The notes below the pieces were generated by a model, which worked only from the letters and a program-made list of their open reading frames with translations, had not been told where the DNA came from and did no database searches. Made by a program: the position numbers and the translations under genes. A DNA stretch of 64,000 bases from Cenarchaeum sp. (GTDB taxonomy: Archaea > Thermoproteota > Nitrososphaeria > Nitrososphaerales > Nitrosopumilaceae). Where the stretch lies: the NCBI GenBank assembly GCA_963693095.2, contig OY843768.1, positions 1,344,001-1,408,000 of the forward strand, written 5' to 3'. Below are positions 58,618 through 64,000 of the stretch, in pieces. Every line of letters starts with the position of its first letter. Within the stretch, counting starts at the first letter, position 1.

Positions 58618-59616
58618 GCCAGAGACGCGCATCCCGACGTCGGTGCTCGTGTCCACGGCGTAGACGTCCGCACCGCCTGACTCGGCTTCATTGAGGAGGC
58701 GAACAGCGGCATCCTCGCCGGCGTCGGCTAGCAGGCGATCAGAGAAGACGACTGCCGAGGCTGCGCGCGAGGTGACTGCGCGTAGGACGTCGGCGTGGCC
58801 CATCGCATACAGCCTCGAGCGCGAACCGGCCATGCGCATGACCTCCTCGACTATCTCAAGGACGCGCGCGAGCTTTGAGCCGGACATGATCTCGCGCATC
58901 ATGGCCGACTTTGCGAACGTGTGGATGCCGTCCTCGCCGCCCGAGTCAATGCCCTCGATGACGTGCGCCTCGAGTCCCTCTATCTTGTCGAGCTCGGAGC
59001 ACACGCGCCTCTTCTCCTCACCGGGCCCAAAGACGACAAGGCCGTCACCGGCGTGCGCGATCGACGAGACTGCAACGCGAACGCCGGCGCGGTATGCCGT
59101 CGCATCAGTGCTCACGCGATAGCGCTTGCCGGCAATTCCCGAGTATATGTTGGGAAGTATGTGGAGGTGCGTGCCAACAAGCCTTGCAATTCCGCACTCG
59201 CGCGTGTCAGTGGCGACAACTATGAACGCGCGCGCCGCGCGCGTGCGGCCTAGAAGGCGCCTGTGAAGCGGTGTCCATGACCTCTTGCTGATCGTGATGC
59301 GCTCACCCGGTGTCACCGTTATCGAGTGGTGCGAGCCGTGGCTGACTGACTCGTGGCTCGAGCCAGTTATGGGACCGGCGACGCGCAGTCGGTCAAGTAC
59401 GCTGTCAAGGGACGCGCGCTCGACTCGCAGAGTTATGCGAATGCGCACACGCTCGCCCCTGTCAGGACGCGCGTGCTCTCGCTCTACCTTGATTGCGCGC
59501 GTAGTGCTTGCAGTCACCAGGTCTCCCGGCGCAAGAACACGCCGGAGCGCGATGAGGTCATCGGGCTCTTCGGGCGTGACGTGCATCGAGCCGTCGGCTG
59601 TACGCGAGGAGATCAT
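58579..59616 (-). CDS. pelA: mRNA surveillance protein Pelota
   Basis: PEEPDDL, GDLV...TTR, RLRVAG, HHSI, GLGGVIAILRF. Confidence 0.9.
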   Translation of the reverse strand: MISSRTADGSMHVTPEEPDDLIALRRVLAPGDLVTASTTRAIKVEREHARPDRGERVRIRITLRVERASLDSVLDRLRVAGPITGSSHESVSHGSHHSITVTPGERITISKRSWTPLHRRLLGRTRAARAFIVVATDTRECGIARLVGTHLHILPNIYSGIAGKRYRVSTDATAYRAGVRVAVSSIAHAGDGLVVFGPGEEKRRVCSELDKIEGLEAHVIEGIDSGGEDGIHTFAKSAMMREIMSGSKLARVLEIVEEVMRMAGSRSRLYAMGHADVLRAVTSRAASAVVFSDRLLADAGEDAAVRLLNEAESGGADVYAVDTSTDVGMRVSGLGGVIAILRFGT

Positions 59617-59646
59617 GTGCCGGCTACCGCAAATCCTGTGACAGGC

Positions 59647-60054
59647 CTAGGACCCGTCGGTCTTGCCCTCGCGCTTTTGCTCGGCATAGTCCTCGATCCA
59701 CTTTAGGTCAACGACTCCGGCCTGGGCCATGTTGACTATGGTGTGGTCAGAGGCCACACCGGTGACCTTGCCGCTGTACTTGCCCTGCTGGCGCCACTTT
59801 AGCGACGTGTTGCCGCTCTTTGAGTTGTATATGACGCCGAGGACATCGCGCGCGTTGACGAACGTGATCCCTCGCATGTCCTTGAGCGTCACCTTGTCGG
59901 CGGCCTCGACGTATATCACGCCGGGCTCCTCGGAGCGCTCGGGGAATATCTCGGAATCATCAAGGTAGCTCTGTGGAGCAAAGGACTCGCACGTGCTAGC
60001 CATGATGAACCTCCTAAAGCTGTCTAGTGACGCAGACGCGTCTATCTCCACCAT
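59647..60054 (-). CDS. Conserved thaumarchaeal hypothetical protein
   Basis: FRRFIMASTCESFAP, YVEAADKVTLK, YNSKSGNTSLKW. Confidence 0.7.
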   Translation of the reverse strand: MVEIDASASLDSFRRFIMASTCESFAPQSYLDDSEIFPERSEEPGVIYVEAADKVTLKDMRGITFVNARDVLGVIYNSKSGNTSLKWRQQGKYSGKVTGVASDHTIVNMAQAGVVDLKWIEDYAEQKREGKTDGS

Positions 60055-60213
60055 CGGGGCGCACCGCCACGCATGCCGTTTATCAAGGTTTTTCAAGGGT
60101 CGCCCGTGCGATGCGCCCTCAGGCACGCAGCGGGCCGTGATGAGCGCATCCTAATGAGGCAGATGATCTGGATCTTGAGTTCTGAGCCCGCAAGAATCGC
60201 CCTGGGTGGCCCC

Positions 60214-60378
60214 CTAGCCAAAGTCCGTGTCGCGCTTTTGGCTGGCTGACTCGTTTGCCCTCGCAGCAGCGCGGAACTCGTCCTCGTGGTTCTGTGGCCC
60301 GTGGCCACAGCTCACGCACGCTATCTTGAAGCCGTTCTCGTTTCGGACATACTCGTCACACCCGCAAAAGCACGCCAT
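60214..60378 (-). CDS. Small Cys/His metal-binding protein
   Basis: MACFCGCDEY...CVSCGH...H. Confidence 0.6.
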   Translation of the reverse strand: MACFCGCDEYVRNENGFKIACVSCGHGPQNHEDEFRAAARANESASQKRDTDFG

Positions 60379-60417
60379 CGCGCGCAGCGTGCGATGCTGG
60401 GACATTATAACGCTTTA

Positions 60418-60783
60418 CTAGCTTCCAAGCATCTTGCCGGCAAGGTTGTCGCGCCGGCGAATCCACTTGAGGTCAAGTGAGGAGAACTCGCCGATGATGG
60501 GCCATATCTCCATGGCAAGCGCGCGCAGCGAGTCGTTGTTTATCCCGTACTCGTGCCTTACCTGCGAGACCATCGTCTGTGAGTCGCTGTATATCGTGAT
60601 CTCCTCGGCCTGTGCGCCCTCTGAGCGCAGCCATTCAAGGGCGAGCTTTAGGGCCATGTACTCGGCCTCCATGTTTGTCAGGTTTTGCGCACGCTCATAG
60701 CTGGACTTGCCGGACTCTTTTACGAAAAATCCAAACTTTGGGTCATCACCGGCGCCACCGTCGATGTATATCGTCATGGCCAT
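60418..60783 (-). CDS. RNase HI-like protein
   Basis: YIDGG, TNMEAEY, SDSQ, WIRRRDNLAGK. Confidence 0.8.
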   Translation of the reverse strand: MAMTIYIDGGAGDDPKFGFFVKESGKSSYERAQNLTNMEAEYMALKLALEWLRSEGAQAEEITIYSDSQTMVSQVRHEYGINNDSLRALAMEIWPIIGEFSSLDLKWIRRRDNLAGKMLGS

Positions 60784-60836
60784 CGGCGCGCGTGGCGCAC
60801 ATGGCGCGATATAAGCGTGATTATGGCCGCGCAGGC

Positions 60837-61142
60837 TCACTCGAGGGCCAGGCGCAGGAGTATGGCGAGTCCGGCGAGCTCGGCGATGCCAACTCCGAGC
60901 ATGTACGGGAATATCGCATGCGAGAATATCTCCTCCATTGAAAAGTAGGCCAGCGCGCCTATCGCGTTGTGCAGGATCAGGAGCGATGAGACGAGCATCA
61001 TCCCGAGGGGCAGGCGCGCGCGCGTCGCCTGGCGCATCCTCGCATAGACGGCGATGAGCACGGAGAGTATTCCAATGTTTGCAAGCGACACTGCAGACAG
61101 CGCTGCTGACGTGGCCTCCATCGCGCGTGTGTGTGGCGACAT
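60837..61142 (-). CDS. Small three-TM membrane protein
   Basis: Three hydrophobic helices; 3 nt downstream of the wHTH gene. Confidence 0.65.
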   Translation of the reverse strand: MSPHTRAMEATSAALSAVSLANIGILSVLIAVYARMRQATRARLPLGMMLVSSLLILHNAIGALAYFSMEEIFSHAIFPYMLGVGIAELAGLAILLRLALE

Positions 61143-61145
61143 GGT

Positions 61146-61472
61146 TTATTTGCTTTTTTCCAGTTTTGCGGCGATCTCGTTGAACGTGGCCATGTTTGCC
61201 TCTAGAAGCGCAGAGACCGAGTACGTCACGGCATAGCGCTCACCGGCACTAGAGACCATGCTGTCGCGCGTGAGGACCCTGAGATGGTGCTGCACGGCCT
61301 TATAGTCCACGCCTAGCGCACCTGCTAGCTGGTTTGTGTTCATGGGCCTGTCGCGCAGGAGCGATATGATGCTGGTTCGCATGGGCCCGCCGCGCGTGCC
61401 GGCAAAGAGCATCCACAGTAGCCGCCTTGTGTATGGGTCGCCTGCCAACGTGACAGGCGCGCGGGCCGCCAT
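61146..61472 (-). CDS. ArsR-like winged-helix transcriptional regulator
   Basis: RRLLWMLFAGTRGG..R, PMNTNQLA, DYKAVQHHL, Y...Y. Confidence 0.85.
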   Translation of the reverse strand: MAARAPVTLAGDPYTRRLLWMLFAGTRGGPMRTSIISLLRDRPMNTNQLAGALGVDYKAVQHHLRVLTRDSMVSSAGERYAVTYSVSALLEANMATFNEIAAKLEKSK

Positions 61473-61505
61473 GCTATAATAGCTCACGCGACACGCGCGG
61501 GCGCC

Positions 61506-62510
61506 ATGTCGGAGATACATGACCCACGCGGGCGGACCGCCGTCGTCATGGCAGGCTTTGCGCTAGCCTCGATGGCCATAGTCGGCGGGGTCATATGGGC
61601 AACAGTCGACACGGGTGGCGCCTCGCATGGCGCCTGGACGGCGATAGCGTATGCCGCAGGCCTCTCGATGATAGTCCTCCCGTGCACGATGCCGCTAGTC
61701 TTTGTCATCGTGCCGATGAGCATGGGTCGCGGAAACCACAGGGGCCTTGCCATGGCAGTACTCTTTGGGGCAGGCCTAGTCATCACGATAACTGCGTACA
61801 CCGCCGGCGTTGCTGCGCTTGGCGGGGCCGCATCACTAGAGACTGCATCATCGGCAATGTTTGGCCTCGCCGGCGCCATAGCGTACGCGTTTGGCCTCTC
61901 GCAGCTCGGCATAATCTCGATTCGCCTGCCAACGTACACCGGAATGCCGAGGTTCATGCAGGGCCGCGGCGAGCTTGCGCGCTCGTTTCTCATGGGAGTG
62001 CTGCTCGGAAACGCCGGAGTCGGCTGCCCCAACCCAATGTTCTACTGGCTCCTCGTCCACGTCGCCACAGTCGGCAGCGTCGAGCTCGGCGCGTCACTCG
62101 GCGTGGTTCACGGGATCGGCAGGGCAGTCCCGCTCGTCCTCGTCTCGGTCCTCGCAATACTCGGCGTTGACGCAACACGCCGCCTCGTCGGGGCGCGCAT
62201 GAGACTTGAGCGCATCACGGGCGCGACTCTCATACTCCTCGGCGCGTTTCTCGTGATCAATGCGCTTCCATCCGGACACGCATGGTACGAGCAGACAGTC
62301 GTCCATAGCGGGTGGAATGCGCTCATCGCCGGACTCGGCATGCCATCCGAGCTTGCCATGGGGAGCCACGGCCACGACGGGGCGTCGTTCCTGCCGCAGT
62401 GGATCGCACCTGCGCTCCTCGGCGCGCTCATCACCGCGCCGGCCGTGGCGTGGGCACTCGGCCTGGCGGCGCGTCGCGCCCGTGCGGCCCGGAACCCGCC
62501 GGACACATGA
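61506..62510 (+). CDS. CcdA/DsbD-like transmembrane disulfide-exchange protein
   Basis: Multi-TM; VLPCTMP and GCPNP cysteine pair; G.GRAVPL. Confidence 0.78.
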   Translation: MSEIHDPRGRTAVVMAGFALASMAIVGGVIWATVDTGGASHGAWTAIAYAAGLSMIVLPCTMPLVFVIVPMSMGRGNHRGLAMAVLFGAGLVITITAYTAGVAALGGAASLETASSAMFGLAGAIAYAFGLSQLGIISIRLPTYTGMPRFMQGRGELARSFLMGVLLGNAGVGCPNPMFYWLLVHVATVGSVELGASLGVVHGIGRAVPLVLVSVLAILGVDATRRLVGARMRLERITGATLILLGAFLVINALPSGHAWYEQTVVHSGWNALIAGLGMPSELAMGSHGHDGASFLPQWIAPALLGALITAPAVAWALGLAARRARAARNPPDT

Positions 62511-62600
62511 GCGTGCGGCGGCCAGCCCTTGCCCCACGAGGCGCGATCTGTGCGAGGCCACGCAAACGCATTTAGCACAACCCGTCGCCTCGCGCACACA

Positions 62601-63377
62601 ATGCTCACGAGCATAGAGTCACTCTCCACGGCCATCAATGACGCGCGCACGCTCGTCATCGACGCGCGAGCCTTCTCCGAGTACGCCAAGGGCCACATAC
62701 CGGGGGCAGTCAGCGTCGACCTGTTTTCGCTGCACTGGGTCGACACGACGCCGTCGGGAATAGACGCGTTCACGTCGCACATGCGCCTTGTCCTCTCGAT
62801 GGCCGGAGTTGACGAGACGCGCAAGGTTGTGGTTTATGACAACTCATCAGGCATGCTCGCCGCGCGCGGCGTGTGGCTCCTCCAGTACCTTTCGCATCCG
62901 GACGCGACGATGCTCGATGGTGGCCTGGGCCTGTGGAAGGCGCGCGGACTGGACGTCGAGACTGACCTGCGCGCACCAGTCCCCTCGGAGCTAAAGACTC
63001 CGGCAAACCCCACGCTAATAGCCGGCTATGGCGACATACTTGCGGGTGGAGGATCCCTCGAGCTAGTCGATGCGCGGTCTGCAGACGAGTATTCCGGCAA
63101 GGTCGTTCGCGCCGCGCGTGGCGGGCACATTCCCGGCGCGACTAACATTGACTGGGCCGGCACGCTGAACCCTGACGGGCGTCTTGCGGGACGCGACGAG
63201 CTGGCAAAGGCGTACGGCGTTGCGCGAGACGCGCGGATAGTAACGTACTGCCAGGGCGCGTATCGCGCAGCGCACGCGTACGTTGCGCTAAAGGTTCTCG
63301 GCTATGACGACGTTCGCGTTTACCTTGGATCGTGGGGCGAGTGGGGAAACCGCCGCGAGCTTCCAATAGAGCCCTAG
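62601..63377 (+). CDS. Double-domain rhodanese / thiosulfate sulfurtransferase
   Basis: GHIPGA twice, LDGG, YCQGAYRAA, YLGSWGEW. Confidence 0.9.
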   Translation: MLTSIESLSTAINDARTLVIDARAFSEYAKGHIPGAVSVDLFSLHWVDTTPSGIDAFTSHMRLVLSMAGVDETRKVVVYDNSSGMLAARGVWLLQYLSHPDATMLDGGLGLWKARGLDVETDLRAPVPSELKTPANPTLIAGYGDILAGGGSLELVDARSADEYSGKVVRAARGGHIPGATNIDWAGTLNPDGRLAGRDELAKAYGVARDARIVTYCQGAYRAAHAYVALKVLGYDDVRVYLGSWGEWGNRRELPIEP

Positions 63378-64000
63378 GCGCGCTTCCACGACAGGCGGTT
63401 GTAGACGGTCTCGGGCACGAGTGAGCTGAACGCCGGCGCGCCGCCGTCATACCATTTTGTGAAAAACTCGTAGAGGTGGAGCCTAAGCGACTGTATGTAC
63501 ACGATGAGGCCCTCGATTATCATTATCCCAATGTTGCCCCCGATGAGGAGCGCGAGTGCGGCGCCGGACTCGACACCGCCAAGAGAGTGGAACGCATTGT
63601 TCACGGTGAGCAAAAGGGCCGCATGGACCAGCAGCATGATGCCGATTCGCGCATAGCTTATTGTGTGCGCAAGCGCCTCTATCGTCTTGCCGAGCAGAAC
63701 CTCCATGATGACTGCCGCGGCGCCTCCGCCCTCGTCAGGGTGTTTCTTGGAGTGGAGTATGCCGCCGACCATCATCGTGGCCATCGACGCAATGGCCACA
63801 ACGACGGCAATCCTCGTCATGATCCACACCTGTGCCCACTCGCCCAGAAAGACTGTCACCCACGGGACCGCCTCGGCGTGCGCGCGCGAGTACATGTTGA
63901 TGACGTCATACTGGGCGCCTATGGCGCACATCATGATAACCACGATGCTCCCATAGAGCGTGAGGCTCGGCACGCCCTCCATGTAGGCCGCTATCTTGTG
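63374..64000 (-). CDS. atpI: A/V-type ATP synthase subunit I, C-terminal part (5' end outside window)
   Basis: HTISYARI, EGLIVYIQSLRLHLYEFFTKWY. Confidence 0.93.
   Translation of the reverse strand, partial: HKIAAYMEGVPSLTLYGSIVVIMMCAIGAQYDVINMYSRAHAEAVPWVTVFLGEWAQVWIMTRIAVVVAIASMATMMVGGILHSKKHPDEGGGAAAVIMEVLLGKTIEALAHTISYARIGIMLLVHAALLLTVNNAFHSLGGVESGAALALLIGGNIGIMIIEGLIVYIQSLRLHLYEFFTKWYDGGAPAFSSLVPETVYNRLSWKRA

Overview
High-GC archaeal DNA with a Thaumarchaeota (Nitrosopumilaceae/Cenarchaeum-like) gene set and gene order; this assignment is inferred from protein families such as the transketolase-RPE fusion, TiaS, ABCE1, pelota and RpoN-Eno-S2-MEMO-Mvk. Most of the window is housekeeping: pentose phosphate pathway, translation and tRNA maturation, DnaK/GrpE, GlmS, CobT, PurB, RtcB and the A/V-ATPase subunit I. 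It also carries 5S rRNA, SRP RNA and four tRNAs, two of which have insertions at non-canonical intron positions. The outstanding accessory feature is a 13.2-kb gene for a 4405-aa secreted, repeat-built surface protein. It has a duplicated ~500-aa N-terminal module, Ig-like repeats and a GPS/GAIN-like 'WTNHF/TLF' putative autoproteolysis site ahead of its C-terminal domain. Three small AT-richer inserts (39.0-40.5 kb, 48.6-49.5 kb, 54.3-55.05 kb) hold orphan or defence-like genes, and two are bounded by short imperfect direct repeats. Several ribosomal proteins and DnaK have acidic tails expanded by tandem duplication. The leucyl aminopeptidase gene is frameshifted. No CRISPR array, integrase or transposase was seen. 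All product calls come from motif recognition by eye; no database searches were run.
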